Shown: positions 30,685 to 41,143, counted from the first letter of the stretch. The stretch is 64,000 bases of DNA from Sedimentisphaeraceae bacterium JB056 (GCA_044440125.1 JBITAJ010000018.1:1-64000), one strand, 5' to 3'. Numbers and translations are program-made. The notes: generated by a model not told the origin, from the letters alone.

Positions 30685-32682
30685 TTATGCCATAACTTTC
30701 TTTGCCGCGGCTACTACGGCCTCGGTTGTGATACCGAATTCCTTGAAGCATCTTGCTCCAGGAGCAGAAGCACCGAAGCCCTTCATACCGACGAATTCGC
30801 CGTTTAAGCCGATGTACTTATGCCATCCCTGCTCAAGCTGTGCTTCTACAGCAACTCTCGCTGTAACGTTTGAAGGAAGCACTGATTCCTTGTATTCATC
30901 GCTCTGACGCTCGAAGAGTTCCCAACTCGGCATACTTACTACGCGAGCCTTCTTGCCTTCAGCGGCGAGAGTATCAGCAGCCTCAAGAGCCAGTGATACT
31001 TCAGAACCTGTCGCGAGGATGAGTACATCAGGATCTTCAACCTTGTTAAGGTTGTATGCGCCCTTTTCAGTGTTGCACGCACAAGCGTATTTTTCCTGAT
31101 CGAGAACCGGCAGATTCTGACGTGTAAGGAACATAGCTACCGGCTCATCATGCGTAAGAGCGTATTTCCATGCCTGTGCTGTTTCGTTGGCATCGCCAGG
31201 GCGGAAACAGATGAGGTTCGGGATAGCTCTGTGAGAAGCCATATGCTCAACCGGCTGGTGAGTAGGGCCGTCTTCGCCAACACCGATGCTATCGTGTGTG
31301 AGAACGAAGATGCTCGGATACTTGCTCAGAGCCGCAACACGGATAGCGCCTCTCATATAGTCGCTGAATACCGCGAATGTCGCGCCGTAGCAGCGAAGAG
31401 GTGAGCTTACGGAGATGCCGTTCATTATAGCAGCCATTGCGTGTTCACGTACGCCAAAGCGGATGTAACGTCCCAAGCGACTGTCCTTCTGGAAGTCAAC
31501 AGCTTCTTTGAAGTGTGTATTGTTAGATGGAGTAAGGTCGGCAGAACCACCCATTATCATTGGAAGTTTCGGCATAAGAGCCTGTATTGTCTTGCCTGAA
31601 GCGCTTCTTGTAGCCAGTGCCGTACCCGCTTCAAACTTAGGAAGCTCTGCATCGATATCGAGAGGAAGCTTGCCGCTGATAGCATCTGTGAGCTCTTTAG
31701 CCAGTTCCGGGTATGCCTTTGAGTATTCAGCGAACATTGCATCCCAGTCAGAGTTTGCTTTTGTACCCTTTTCGCACTGACACATTGAAGCTTTTACTTC
31801 TTCAGGTACAACGAATTTAGCTTCAGGATCCCAGCCGAAGTTCTTCTTGATAAGAGCGATTTCTTCATCGCCAAGAGGAGCGCCGTGAGCTGTGTGTGTG
31901 TCCTGGAAGTTTGGAGAACCGAAACCGATGTGGCTGCGGAGCTGAATGATGCTTGGCTTGCCTTTTGCGGCTTTAGCCTTTTCGATAGCGGCATTGATTG
32001 TTTCAAGGTCGTTACCGTCACCGTCAACTACCTGTACATCCCAGCCGTAAGCTTCAAATCTCTTGGCTACATCTTCTGTGAACGACAATGTTGTATCGCC
32101 GTCGATTGTGATGTGGTTGTCATCATAGATTGCGATGATGTTGTCAAGGCCGAGGTGGCCGGCGAGTGAACATGCTTCTGATGAAACACCTTCCTGAAGA
32201 CAGCCGTCACCTGCGATTGTGAAGATATTGTAATCGAAGAGGTTGAAATTGTCGCGGTTGTAGTATTCAGCCAGATATTTCTGAGCGATAGCCATACCTA
32301 CGACATTTGATATACCCTGACCAAGCGGGCCTGTTGTTACTTCGACACCTTCTGTGTGGCCGTACTCAGGGTGACCCGGTGTGAGACTTCCCCACTGACG
32401 GAACTGCTTAAGTTCATCGAGCGGAAGGTTGTAGCCTGTAAGGTGAAGCATTGAGTAGAGCAGCATTGAGCCGTGTCCTGCTGAAAGGACGAAGCGATCT
32501 CTGTTGAGCCATTTAGGGGCCTTAGGGTTGTGAGTCATGTGTTGGGTCCAGATAGCGTAGGCCACTGAAGCCATACCCATAGGCATACCGGGGTGGCCGC
32601 TCTTGGCTGCCTGAACACCGTCCATGCTCAGAAAGCGGATGGTTTCGATACACTTTTTAGCCAGTGCATTATCAGCTGTCAT
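30685..32682 (-). CDS. tkt: Transketolase
   Basis: SGHPG.PMG, RDRFVLSAGHGS, TTGPLGQG, GDGCL.EG, GVREH.M, THDSIG.GEDGPTHQP. Confidence 0.98.
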   Translation of the reverse strand: MTADNALAKKCIETIRFLSMDGVQAAKSGHPGMPMGMASVAYAIWTQHMTHNPKAPKWLNRDRFVLSAGHGSMLLYSMLHLTGYNLPLDELKQFRQWGSLTPGHPEYGHTEGVEVTTGPLGQGISNVVGMAIAQKYLAEYYNRDNFNLFDYNIFTIAGDGCLQEGVSSEACSLAGHLGLDNIIAIYDDNHITIDGDTTLSFTEDVAKRFEAYGWDVQVVDGDGNDLETINAAIEKAKAAKGKPSIIQLRSHIGFGSPNFQDTHTAHGAPLGDEEIALIKKNFGWDPEAKFVVPEEVKASMCQCEKGTKANSDWDAMFAEYSKAYPELAKELTDAISGKLPLDIDAELPKFEAGTALATRSASGKTIQALMPKLPMIMGGSADLTPSNNTHFKEAVDFQKDSRLGRYIRFGVREHAMAAIMNGISVSSPLRCYGATFAVFSDYMRGAIRVAALSKYPSIFVLTHDSIGVGEDGPTHQPVEHMASHRAIPNLICFRPGDANETAQAWKYALTHDEPVAMFLTRQNLPVLDQEKYACACNTEKGAYNLNKVEDPDVLILATGSEVSLALEAADTLAAEGKKARVVSMPSWELFERQSDEYKESVLPSNVTARVAVEAQLEQGWHKYIGLNGEFVGMKGFGASAPGARCFKEFGITTEAVVAAAKKVMA

Positions 32683-32968
32683 TATTTATACTCCTGTTTA
32701 GAATATCATTAAATCTGTTTATGTTTTACAATACTAACCCATTTATATGAACATATAGAAATGGTCGCCTGATAGGATACTTAAATCGGTGCTTATTGCA
32801 AGAAATTAGTCATTTTTAGGTTTGTTTTTGTGTATAGTGTCGTTAAATGATATTGCTTTGAACTTAAACGTACAGGATTAAACTTTATGTGAGCTTTTTG
32901 TTGAATAGTTTTGATACATGTGTTAGAATTCAAAACAAAATAGACAGTTGGATTTTGTTCGAGATGAT

Positions 32969-33913
32969 ATGAGTGAAATAATAAAAATAGGCTGCGTTGA
33001 CATTGATACATCCCATCCCCTTGTTTTTGCCAAGAGGTTGGCAGAATTGGGCAGGGGTAAATATGTCGGCGTGTTTAATGATGGTTTTCGCGGTGATGAT
33101 GAGGTTGACTCCTTTGTCAAAGCCTTTGGTATTGAGAAAAAGTGCGGCAGCATTGAAGAACTGGCCTCAATATGTGATATTGGATTTGTGCATAGCTGCA
33201 ATTGGGATAAACATTTGAATAAGGCTGTGCCTTTCATTGAAGCAGGCGTTCCCGTGTTTGTTGATAAACCGATAGTCGGCAGTTTTGAAGATTGCCGCAG
33301 ATTGAAGGGCCTTGTCGCTTCAGGTGCAGTGATACTTGGAAGTTCCAGTATGCGATATGCCAGCGAAGTGCAGAAGTTTAATTCTATGCCTGCCGATGAG
33401 AAGGGTGATATTCTGCATATTTATGGGACGGTGGGAGTTGATGAGTTTAATTATGCTATTCATATTGTAGAGGCCATTTGCCAGATAGCAGGCGGCGGGT
33501 CTGTTTGGGGTAAATTCAATAACAGTCAAAAGCAGGGGGGCGTTGAAGCTTCGAATTATTCGCTTGGTTTTGATAATGGTGTTACTGCTTCATATACTGT
33601 TACCAGCGGCGTTTGGCAGCCTTGTGTTGTTGTGGTGATGACAACTAAAGGCGTGTTTCATTTTGAGATAGACAGTTCAAAAGTCTATGATTCGCTTTTG
33701 ACCAATATATACGATCATATCCAGAAGGGCACCTCGGACATCGTTTCTGTCGATAAGCTGCTTGAGAGCATTGAGGTTATGCTTGCATGCAGGCAGTCTT
33801 TGCTTACTGACGGCAAGCGTGTTGAAACGGAGCATCTTGATGAAGATATCAGTTATGATGGAGATGCTTTCGAACAGCAATACGCATCAAATGCCGCTAA
33901 AATTTACATTTGA
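32969..33913 (+). CDS. Gfo/Idh/MocA-like oxidoreductase
   Basis: IG....DTSH, H......G.PVFVDKP, SS.RY, Y.IH.VE. Confidence 0.8.
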   Translation: MSEIIKIGCVDIDTSHPLVFAKRLAELGRGKYVGVFNDGFRGDDEVDSFVKAFGIEKKCGSIEELASICDIGFVHSCNWDKHLNKAVPFIEAGVPVFVDKPIVGSFEDCRRLKGLVASGAVILGSSSMRYASEVQKFNSMPADEKGDILHIYGTVGVDEFNYAIHIVEAICQIAGGGSVWGKFNNSQKQGGVEASNYSLGFDNGVTASYTVTSGVWQPCVVVVMTTKGVFHFEIDSSKVYDSLLTNIYDHIQKGTSDIVSVDKLLESIEVMLACRQSLLTDGKRVETEHLDEDISYDGDAFEQQYASNAAKIYI

Positions 33914-34021
33914 CGATAGGTTGGAAATTACAAATTAGAAATTAAGAATTAGGAATGTTGGTGTTTGCTGACGCTTACGATTTTTATGGGCTCTCGTCAT
34001 TTGATAGAGGTGACTGCCCCG

Positions 34022-34171
34022 TGGAGTGCGGGTGAAAGCAAAGCGCAAAACCGCTTTGGAATAAAACCCGTCGATATTACTAAACCTAACAATCTCACTC
34101 TTACACCAACCGGCAGGGAGCTTCCAAAGCTTAATTGCCTCCCAATGGTCGTTAATTAAGCACTCCAAAGG
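34022..34171. repeat. REPIN-like nested inverted repeat (GGAGTGC.../...GCACTCCAAA family)
   Basis: TGGAGTGC (34022) pairs with GCACTCCA (34160); GCTTTGGAA (34053) pairs with TTCCAAAGC (34122). The 14-mer AAGCACTCCAAAGG recurs at 4805-4818. Confidence 0.6.
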
Positions 34172-34288
34172 CTTACGCCAATTGTTAATTAACTGATTTT
34201 TATTGAAATTTTTGCTTGCTGTAATAATTAGAAGTACTTGATTTACAAATAGTTAATTTATTGTATGTTCTTTTTTTACTCTAAAAAG

Positions 34289-34306
34289 AAAACAAACGGT
34301 TGTTTT
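34289..34306. promoter_or_regulatory. Palindromic putative TetR operator
   Basis: AAAACAAAC|GGTTGTTTT; a similar 16-mer lies at 44315-44330. Confidence 0.5.
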
Positions 34307-34385
34307 TTTTATTTAGTGTGCTATACTCTTATTTAATAATTTGGTATTTAATTTTGAATCAGGAATGTATGAATATGAGGTTTTT

Positions 34386-35180
34386 ATGCGTATAGCACGA
34401 ATTTTAGAGAAATCTGGCGAAGTTATGTATGCCGCGGCTCAGTCTGACGGCAGGCTTTTAAGAATAAATGGCAATATTTTCGGGCAGTATTCTGTAGATG
34501 AAAATTGTGAAGTTGAGGCGAGCCAGTGGCTTTCACCAGTTCAGCCTTTGACTTATCTTTGTGTAGCGGCCAATTATAAGCTGCATATTGAGGAATGTGA
34601 CGTTGAAGAGCCGCCGCTGCCTAAAATTTTCATGAAAAACAGTGGTTGCGTAGCCGGGCACAAACAGCCGATACGAATTCCTTCGATTTGCGATGATGAA
34701 GTTGATTTTGAGGGTGAGCTTGCTGCAGTGATCGGAAAGAGCTGTTGTAATGTGAGTCCTGAGGAAGCTTATGGCTATATACTTGGATACACTGCTTCAA
34801 ATGATGTTTCTGCGAGAATATGGCAACTTGAGAAGGGTGATGGACAATGGTGCAGGGGCAAGAGTTTTGATACATTTGGTCCTTTAGGTCCGGTTCTTGT
34901 TACGCCTGACGAAATAGAAAATCCGGATGATCTTGCGATAAAGACAATCCTGAATGGCGAGGTTGTTCAGGAAAGCAGGACATCTTATATGATAAGAACA
35001 ATCGGTGAGCTTATTAGTTTCCTGTCACAGGATACAACTCTTCTGCCGGGTACTGTTGTACTAACCGGTACACCTGAAGGAGTGGGCTGGGCACGTGAGC
35101 CTAAGTTACTGTTGAAAAAAGGCGATACTGTTTCGGTTGAGATAGAAAATGTCGGTGTTCTTGAGAATCCGGTGGAGTGA
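34386..35180 (+). CDS. Fumarylacetoacetate hydrolase (FAH)-family protein
   Basis: NY..H..E, P..FMK, VDFEGELA, NDVSAR, GKSFDTF.PLGP, TL.PG...LTGTP.GVG. Confidence 0.93.
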   Translation: MRIARILEKSGEVMYAAAQSDGRLLRINGNIFGQYSVDENCEVEASQWLSPVQPLTYLCVAANYKLHIEECDVEEPPLPKIFMKNSGCVAGHKQPIRIPSICDDEVDFEGELAAVIGKSCCNVSPEEAYGYILGYTASNDVSARIWQLEKGDGQWCRGKSFDTFGPLGPVLVTPDEIENPDDLAIKTILNGEVVQESRTSYMIRTIGELISFLSQDTTLLPGTVVLTGTPEGVGWAREPKLLLKKGDTVSVEIENVGVLENPVE

Positions 35181-35296
35181 TTTGTAAAGAAGTTAGAATG
35201 CTAATGGCTTTGCCGCATTTCTTCTAACTCCTATCTTCTAACTTCAATATTCTATAATCTTGGCTTGTTGTCAAAGGTTTGAGTTAGGTGGTTTAT

Positions 35297-36400
35297 ATGA
35301 CTGATAAAAAATTCAAGGTTGCGATAATAGGCTTGCAGCATCTGCATCCGGAAAATTATATGCCTCATTTTGTGAGGTGCGAGAATACGGAAGTAGTTGC
35401 CGTCTGTGAGCAGAATAAGAATTTGCTGATTCCATTCAGTGAAAGACACGGTGTTGCTGCTTATACAGATATTGACACGCTTCTTGATGAATCCAGACCT
35501 GATATCGCGGCAATATTCCTGCCGCACATAGACTGCGAAGAAGCGGCAATAAAATGCGCTCAAAAAGGCGTACATCTAATGGTTGAAAAGCCAATCGCTC
35601 AAACTCCCGCACAAGTAAGGAATATTGCTAAAGCGGTAGAAGCGGCGGGTGTTTCAATAACAACAGGCTATTGCTGGCGATATCATCCTGTGGTTAAGGC
35701 TATAAAAAAGCTCATATCTCAGGGTGCGATTGGGCAGGTAGTTTCTGTTGAGGCAAGACTTGCGGCAGGAAAGGTTGACAGGTACATAAACGGAAACGCT
35801 GAATGGATGCTCCAAAAGGATATTTCAGGCGGCGGGCCTCTTTATAATCTTGGAGTACATTGGCTCGATCTGCTTAATTTTGTTCTTGAGGATAAGGTGA
35901 CTGATGTTTGTGCAGTTAACATGAATGTCTGTGATAAATATGATATAGAGGATGGCACTGTTGCTATGTTGAAATTTGCAAAAGGCGTGGTAGGTATTCT
36001 TGATACCAGCTACATAGTACCCGATTGCTATCCTAACGGACGAGACCTCTACATTGGCATCAAAGGTACCAATGGTGTATTGAGTTATGCCCCGGGCTAC
36101 GAAGGCGAAGCCGGTAGCGGCGGGGCTGCTCAAAATGATGTTCTCGAAATATACAGCGACAGCGAAAAATTAGCAGGTTCTGCTGCTCGTAAGATGTCGT
36201 TCCAGCTTGATAGAACGCCGGGTTATTCCGGCTACATGGGCAGGGCTTATATAGAGGAATTTGTTGATTCATTGATAAAGGCTCAGAAGCCTTTCATAAC
36301 TATTGAGCAGGCAGCCGATGTGCTTGATGTAGTTGAGGCGATTTATAAATCTGATTCGCAGGGCGGCTGGGTAAAGGTCTTGAAGATAATTAATAATTAA
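35297..36400 (+). CDS. Gfo/Idh/MocA oxidoreductase
   Basis: Rossmann N-terminus, HLMVEKP, SGGGPL.NLGVHWLD. Confidence 0.9.
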   Translation: MTDKKFKVAIIGLQHLHPENYMPHFVRCENTEVVAVCEQNKNLLIPFSERHGVAAYTDIDTLLDESRPDIAAIFLPHIDCEEAAIKCAQKGVHLMVEKPIAQTPAQVRNIAKAVEAAGVSITTGYCWRYHPVVKAIKKLISQGAIGQVVSVEARLAAGKVDRYINGNAEWMLQKDISGGGPLYNLGVHWLDLLNFVLEDKVTDVCAVNMNVCDKYDIEDGTVAMLKFAKGVVGILDTSYIVPDCYPNGRDLYIGIKGTNGVLSYAPGYEGEAGSGGAAQNDVLEIYSDSEKLAGSAARKMSFQLDRTPGYSGYMGRAYIEEFVDSLIKAQKPFITIEQAADVLDVVEAIYKSDSQGGWVKVLKIINN

Positions 36401-36411
36401 CAATTAAGAAT

Positions 36412-36439
36412 TGCCCGCTCCCTGACGGTCACGGTACTG
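36412..36439 (-). repeat. REP-like element, copy 1 (CAGTACCGTGACCGTCAGGGAGCGGGCA)
   Basis: 26/28 identical to 40048-40075, in inverted orientation. Confidence 0.85.
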
Positions 36440-36489
36440 ATTTTCTGGTTTGGGCAAAGTTTGCGATAAAAGAAATACAGGTGAACAAT

Positions 36490-37488
36490 ATGAGTAAGAA
36501 ATTTAAAGCAGTCGTAACTGATTACATTGAAGACGACTTGAACTGGGAAGCGGATAAGCTGACAAAAATGGGTGTTGATTTTGAGTGTTACCAGCTCAAA
36601 TTCTGTCCTGCAGAAGAGGTTTTGGAAAAAATATCTGATGCCGATGTGATCGTTGTCAATATGGTGAAGCTTGATGAAGCAATTATCTCCAAGCTGACAA
36701 ACTGCAAGCTGATAATCCGTCATGGAATTGGCTACGATAATGTTGATGTTGAGGCTTGTACAAAGTATGGTATTCAGTTTGCGTATCAGCCTGACTATTG
36801 CAAGATAGATGTTGCAGAACATGCTATATCACTGATGTTTGCGTGCGGCAGAAAAGTGCTGTGGAGCAGGAAAACGCTTGAAGAATCGAGTGCAAGAGGA
36901 CAATGGGACTTTTCTGGGCTTTTCCCTATATACCGTATGGAAGGCAAGACACTTGGTATTCTTGGTCTCGGCAGAATCGGAAGCCGTGTGCTTAGCAAGC
37001 TCAGTTCTTTTGGCTTCAGGATAATAGGTAACGATCCATATCTCAGTGACAAGAGAAAAGCTGCTCTTAAAGGTGTTGAGTGGGTTGATAAGGATACGAT
37101 ATTCAAAGAATCAGATTTTCTTACTATTCATACGCCGCTTAAAGAAGATACTCATCATATCGTAAATTCGCAGACGCTTTCGCTGATGAAAAAGACGGCG
37201 TATGTAATCAATACTTCAAGAGGCGGAATGGTTAACCTTGACGCTTTGATTGAAGCTCTCAAGGACGGAGTTATAGCGGGAGCGGCGCTGGATGTTTATG
37301 ATGTCGAGCCTCCCGCGGCCGATCACGAAATGTTTAATATCGAAAACTTAATCCTTACTCCGCATATCGGCTGGGCATCAGAAGAGGCCGGCTGGGAGAT
37401 AAGGGAAAGTATCTTGAACGATATTGTCAGTGCGTATGAAGGCAAAGATGCGCGTTGTGTTATTAATGAAATTAAAATGCAAGGGTGA
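36490..37488 (+). CDS. D-isomer-specific 2-hydroxyacid dehydrogenase (CtBP-like)
   Basis: RHGIGYDNVD, VAEH, GLGRIG, H.PL...T, INTSRG, ALDV...EP, LTPH. Confidence 0.93.
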   Translation: MSKKFKAVVTDYIEDDLNWEADKLTKMGVDFECYQLKFCPAEEVLEKISDADVIVVNMVKLDEAIISKLTNCKLIIRHGIGYDNVDVEACTKYGIQFAYQPDYCKIDVAEHAISLMFACGRKVLWSRKTLEESSARGQWDFSGLFPIYRMEGKTLGILGLGRIGSRVLSKLSSFGFRIIGNDPYLSDKRKAALKGVEWVDKDTIFKESDFLTIHTPLKEDTHHIVNSQTLSLMKKTAYVINTSRGGMVNLDALIEALKDGVIAGAALDVYDVEPPAADHEMFNIENLILTPHIGWASEEAGWEIRESILNDIVSAYEGKDARCVINEIKMQG

Positions 37489-37495
37489 TTATATT

Positions 37496-38818
37496 ATGGC
37501 AATAGTAAATATTAATGGAACAGTGCCTGGAGAAAAAGGCAAGGCTATACTTGAAAAATGGCATAAGTTTGAAGCTGATGTTGTTGGATATCAGGCACCT
37601 GTTGCATGGAAGAAAGCAAAAGGATGTGTTGTTACAGACGTTGATGGAAACACATATCTTGACTGGACAAGCGGTGTGCTTGTAACAAATGTAGGGCATT
37701 GTCATCAGCATCTTGTTAATGCTACGAAAAAAGCAAGTGACGATCTGCTCAACAATTATGAATGCTGCAATACATACAGAGTTGAGGCTGCGGAAAAACT
37801 TGTCAATGCCTTGCCTGAGCATCTTGATAAATGTTTCTTCTTGTCATCCGGTTCAGAGGCTATAGAAGCATCGCTTCGTTTGATGAAAAGATATACCGGC
37901 AATTTTGAGGTGATAAGTTTCGAAGGCGGTTTTCACGGCAGAACTCCTGGGGCTGCTTCAGTTGGCGGTCTTGCAGGTCCTAAGAAAAAATACGGGCCGA
38001 CTATACCAGGTACGATAAGAGCCCCATATCCTAACCCTTACAGGGATCCGCTTGGTTTCTGTGATGATGGGCCTGAATTTAAAAAGTATTTTGATTTTCT
38101 TGAATATACAGTTGCAACAAACTCAACCGGTTCGCTGGCCGGGGTTATAGTAGAGCCGTATCAAGGAGCCGGTGGGTTTGTCTTTCCTCCTAAGGGTTGG
38201 CTTAAAAAGCTTAGGCAGTGGGCAAGCGACAAAGGATTGCTCTTCACTCTTGACGAGGTTCAGGCATCTTATGGCCGTACAGGCAAAATGTGGGCAATGG
38301 AACACGAAGACCTTAAACCGGATATTCTTGCTCTCGGAAAAGGTATCGGCAGCGGAGTTTCTGTTTCTGCGGTTTGTTCAAGAAGCGAGATATTTGGCTG
38401 TCTTGCCAAGGGTGAGATGAGCAGTACTTATGGTGGCAATCCTGTTTCAAGTGCGGCTGTAACGGCTGTTCTTGAGATATTTGAGAATGAAGGTTTAGTT
38501 GAAAACTCAGCCGAAATGGGGCAGTATATAAAATCAAAGCTTCTTGAAATGGCTGATAAGTGCCCATATCTTGGAGATGTTCGCGGTATGGGTCTTGTGA
38601 TGGGGCTTGAATTTGTAAAAGATAAAGTTTCTAAAGAACCGGCTCCTGAACTCATAAAGCCAATCATAAATAAGAGCGCACAGAAAGGATTGCTTGTCGG
38701 TTCAGTTGGTATGTACGGTAATGTCATACGTGTTGCTCCGCCGCTGGTGATCACGAAAGAAGAAGCCGATGAGTCTTTGGCGATAATGGAAAGTGTACTC
38801 TCTGAGCTGGAGCTTTGA
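37496..38818 (+). CDS. Class III PLP aminotransferase (GabT/ArgD-like)
   Basis: D.DGN.Y.D, GSEA.E, FHGRT, EP.QG.GG, DEVQ...GRTG, KG, TYGGNP, VRG.GL..G.E. Confidence 0.95.
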   Translation: MAIVNINGTVPGEKGKAILEKWHKFEADVVGYQAPVAWKKAKGCVVTDVDGNTYLDWTSGVLVTNVGHCHQHLVNATKKASDDLLNNYECCNTYRVEAAEKLVNALPEHLDKCFFLSSGSEAIEASLRLMKRYTGNFEVISFEGGFHGRTPGAASVGGLAGPKKKYGPTIPGTIRAPYPNPYRDPLGFCDDGPEFKKYFDFLEYTVATNSTGSLAGVIVEPYQGAGGFVFPPKGWLKKLRQWASDKGLLFTLDEVQASYGRTGKMWAMEHEDLKPDILALGKGIGSGVSVSAVCSRSEIFGCLAKGEMSSTYGGNPVSSAAVTAVLEIFENEGLVENSAEMGQYIKSKLLEMADKCPYLGDVRGMGLVMGLEFVKDKVSKEPAPELIKPIINKSAQKGLLVGSVGMYGNVIRVAPPLVITKEEADESLAIMESVLSELEL

Positions 38819-40020
38819 TGATGACTGATATTGAAAAAGACATAGCACGTTTTGCTACTGAACTTGTGCGTATGCCCTCAACTCCCGGACAGGAGCAGGC
38901 TGCGATGGATTATGCGTTTGAGCGGTTCTCTTCTATGGATGTTGAAGTGGAGAAAATACCTCTCAGCAATGCTATTAAAGATGATCCTGATTACAGTTCT
39001 CCTATAAAGGGAATTGAGTATGACGGCAGGTATAATATCAGGGTGTCAAAAAAAGGCAGCAAAAACGGTACAAAGAAACTTTTCAATGCTCACATGGATG
39101 TCGTTCCACCTTCTGAAGGTATGGTTGATCCATGGTCAGGGAAAGTTGAGGACGGTGTTCTTTATGGACGTGGTGCTTGTGATGATAAGGGGTCGGTTGC
39201 TGCTATCTATGGTATGATGCGTGAACTTGAGGCTGGCGGATTTGATTTTCCCGGTGAGATTGTAGCTCATATTGTAGTAGAAGAAGAGAATGGCGGCAAT
39301 GGTAGTCTTGCGATGGCCAGATATGGCGAAAAAGCTGATTGCTGCGTTGTTCTTGAACCGACTGATTATAGGCTTTTAACGTCTGTTCGCGGAGCTGTCT
39401 GGTTTAAGATAGACTTTACCGGCAAGGCAGGTCACAGTGGTCAGGCTGGTAAAACTAAGAGTGCTCTGCTTATGGCGGTTGAGGCTATAGATGCTTTGAT
39501 AAAATATCATGCTGACCTGCTTGCGTCTTCAAAAGGAATCGAGCTGTTTGATAAGTATGAAAATCCTATGCCTATAACATTTGGTAAATTGCAGGCCGGT
39601 AACTGGCCTGCCGCAGCGCCTGATAAAGCGACAGTTGAAGGAGTACTTGGATTCCTGCCGAACAAAGCAAAAGAGGATATATGCAAAGAAATGAAAGAAA
39701 CCTTGCTTGGCTGCTCAATGCTTGATGAAGATAATTTCAAGCTCAGTTTTACATATCGCCACGATTGCAGTGTAGCTGATACTGAAAGTGAGTTTATCGC
39801 TTCGATTATTTCTTCAAGCAGCGAAGAGGGTTTACCAATCGAGATAGATGCTATGCCTGCAAGTTGCGATGCATGGTTCTATAATAATCAGCTTGATATA
39901 CCTACTGTAGTTTACGGTCCGGGAACGCTTAGTGTTGCACATTCAAAAGATGAACAGATAAAACTGGATGAAATATGCGATGCTGCGAAAGTGCTTAGTC
40001 GATTTGTGAAGAGCTATTAG
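38818..40020 (+). CDS. M20-family ArgE/DapE-like deacylase
   Basis: NAHMDVVP, GRG.CD.KG, EEE.GG.G, EPT, GPG....AH..DE. The start overlaps the upstream TGA. Confidence 0.92.
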   Translation: MMTDIEKDIARFATELVRMPSTPGQEQAAMDYAFERFSSMDVEVEKIPLSNAIKDDPDYSSPIKGIEYDGRYNIRVSKKGSKNGTKKLFNAHMDVVPPSEGMVDPWSGKVEDGVLYGRGACDDKGSVAAIYGMMRELEAGGFDFPGEIVAHIVVEEENGGNGSLAMARYGEKADCCVVLEPTDYRLLTSVRGAVWFKIDFTGKAGHSGQAGKTKSALLMAVEAIDALIKYHADLLASSKGIELFDKYENPMPITFGKLQAGNWPAAAPDKATVEGVLGFLPNKAKEDICKEMKETLLGCSMLDEDNFKLSFTYRHDCSVADTESEFIASIISSSSEEGLPIEIDAMPASCDAWFYNNQLDIPTVVYGPGTLSVAHSKDEQIKLDEICDAAKVLSRFVKSY

Positions 40021-40047
40021 CAATTAGCGATAAGCAATAAGCTGTAA

Positions 40048-40075
40048 CAGTACCGCGACCGTGAGGGAGCGGGCA
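40048..40075 (+). repeat. REP-like element, copy 2
   Basis: CAGTACCGCGACCGTGAGGGAGCGGGCA. Confidence 0.85.
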
Positions 40076-40105
40076 GTATGCAAAAAAAAACGAAAGATCA
40101 AAAAA

Positions 40106-41143
40106 ATGAAAGCGTTAGTTAAAACACAAAAAGGTAAAGGCTTTATTGAGCTTAAAGATGTTGATGCTCCTGCTTCACCTGCCGAAGGTGAAGTTCTGAT
40201 AAAGATAAAAGCGTGTGGTATCTGCGGCACTGATATACATGTAAAGCACGACAATTTTCCGTACTGGCCTCCTGTTATACTTGGTCATGAGTTTGTCGGT
40301 GTTGTGGAGAAGGTAGGCGAGAACTGCACAATGCTTGCCAAAGGTGACCGCGTGGTTGCTGAGCCTCATACAAAAGCTTGCGGTAAGTGTTATCTTTGCC
40401 GTACAGGTAATATTCAAATTTGTCCTGAAAAGCGGTCTCCAGGTTGGGGAATTGATGGCGGCATGACTGAATATATCTGTTATCCGGAAAAGCTTCTTCA
40501 CAAGATACCCGAAAGTATGACTTGGGATCAGGCGGTAATGGCTGAACCTACAGCTAATGTTGTGACAGACCTTCTTGAGAGAACGAAGGTTGATCCGGGT
40601 GATTTCGTTGTTGTCATGGGGCCTGGACCTATAGGCCTTCTGGCGGCAATGGCGGCAAGAACTGCCGGTGCCTGCGATGTTGTTATTGTCGGTACTCCCG
40701 GTGATGAAGGGCTTCGTTTTGATAAGGCCCGTGAACTTGGTTTCGATAAGCTTATTAATGTAGCGAAAGAAAATCCCGCCGAGGTTGTTATGGAAATGAC
40801 TGGCGGCATAGGTGCTGATATTGTGGTAGAGTGCAGTGGCGCGCCGGCGGCGATAAACAGCTGTCCTGATATGCTTCGCAAGATGGGTAAAGTTTGTGTA
40901 ATAGGGTTGACAGGCGGAAAGAAAGTAGAACTTGAATGGGATAAATTTGCTTTCAAGGTTGCCAATGTTATTTTCAATCTTTCAACATTCTATACATCTT
41001 GGGAAAAAACTATAAAACTGATAGCTTCCGGCCGTATAGAGGCTGAAAAACTTGTAACTCATAAAATGCCTTTGGCTGATTGGGAAGAGGCTTTTGAAGC
41101 CGTTGAGAACCTTGAAGCATTGAAGGCAGTCCTGATTCCGTAG
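40106..41143 (+). CDS. Zn-dependent (MDR) alcohol/sugar dehydrogenase
   Basis: GICGTD.H, GHE..G, C..C..C.......C, GPGPIG. Confidence 0.93.
   Translation: MKALVKTQKGKGFIELKDVDAPASPAEGEVLIKIKACGICGTDIHVKHDNFPYWPPVILGHEFVGVVEKVGENCTMLAKGDRVVAEPHTKACGKCYLCRTGNIQICPEKRSPGWGIDGGMTEYICYPEKLLHKIPESMTWDQAVMAEPTANVVTDLLERTKVDPGDFVVVMGPGPIGLLAAMAARTAGACDVVIVGTPGDEGLRFDKARELGFDKLINVAKENPAEVVMEMTGGIGADIVVECSGAPAAINSCPDMLRKMGKVCVIGLTGGKKVELEWDKFAFKVANVIFNLSTFYTSWEKTIKLIASGRIEAEKLVTHKMPLADWEEAFEAVENLEALKAVLIP

Noticed and set aside
33965..34159. 64-aa ORF (and 77-aa antisense ORF) in the 33.9-34.4 kb gap
   Set aside because: Coincides with the inverted-repeat element, has no RBS or motif, and uses a TTG start.
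37496..40020. argD-argE arginine biosynthesis genes
   Set aside because: No other arg genes are nearby and the context is catabolic dehydrogenases, so gene symbols were withheld.
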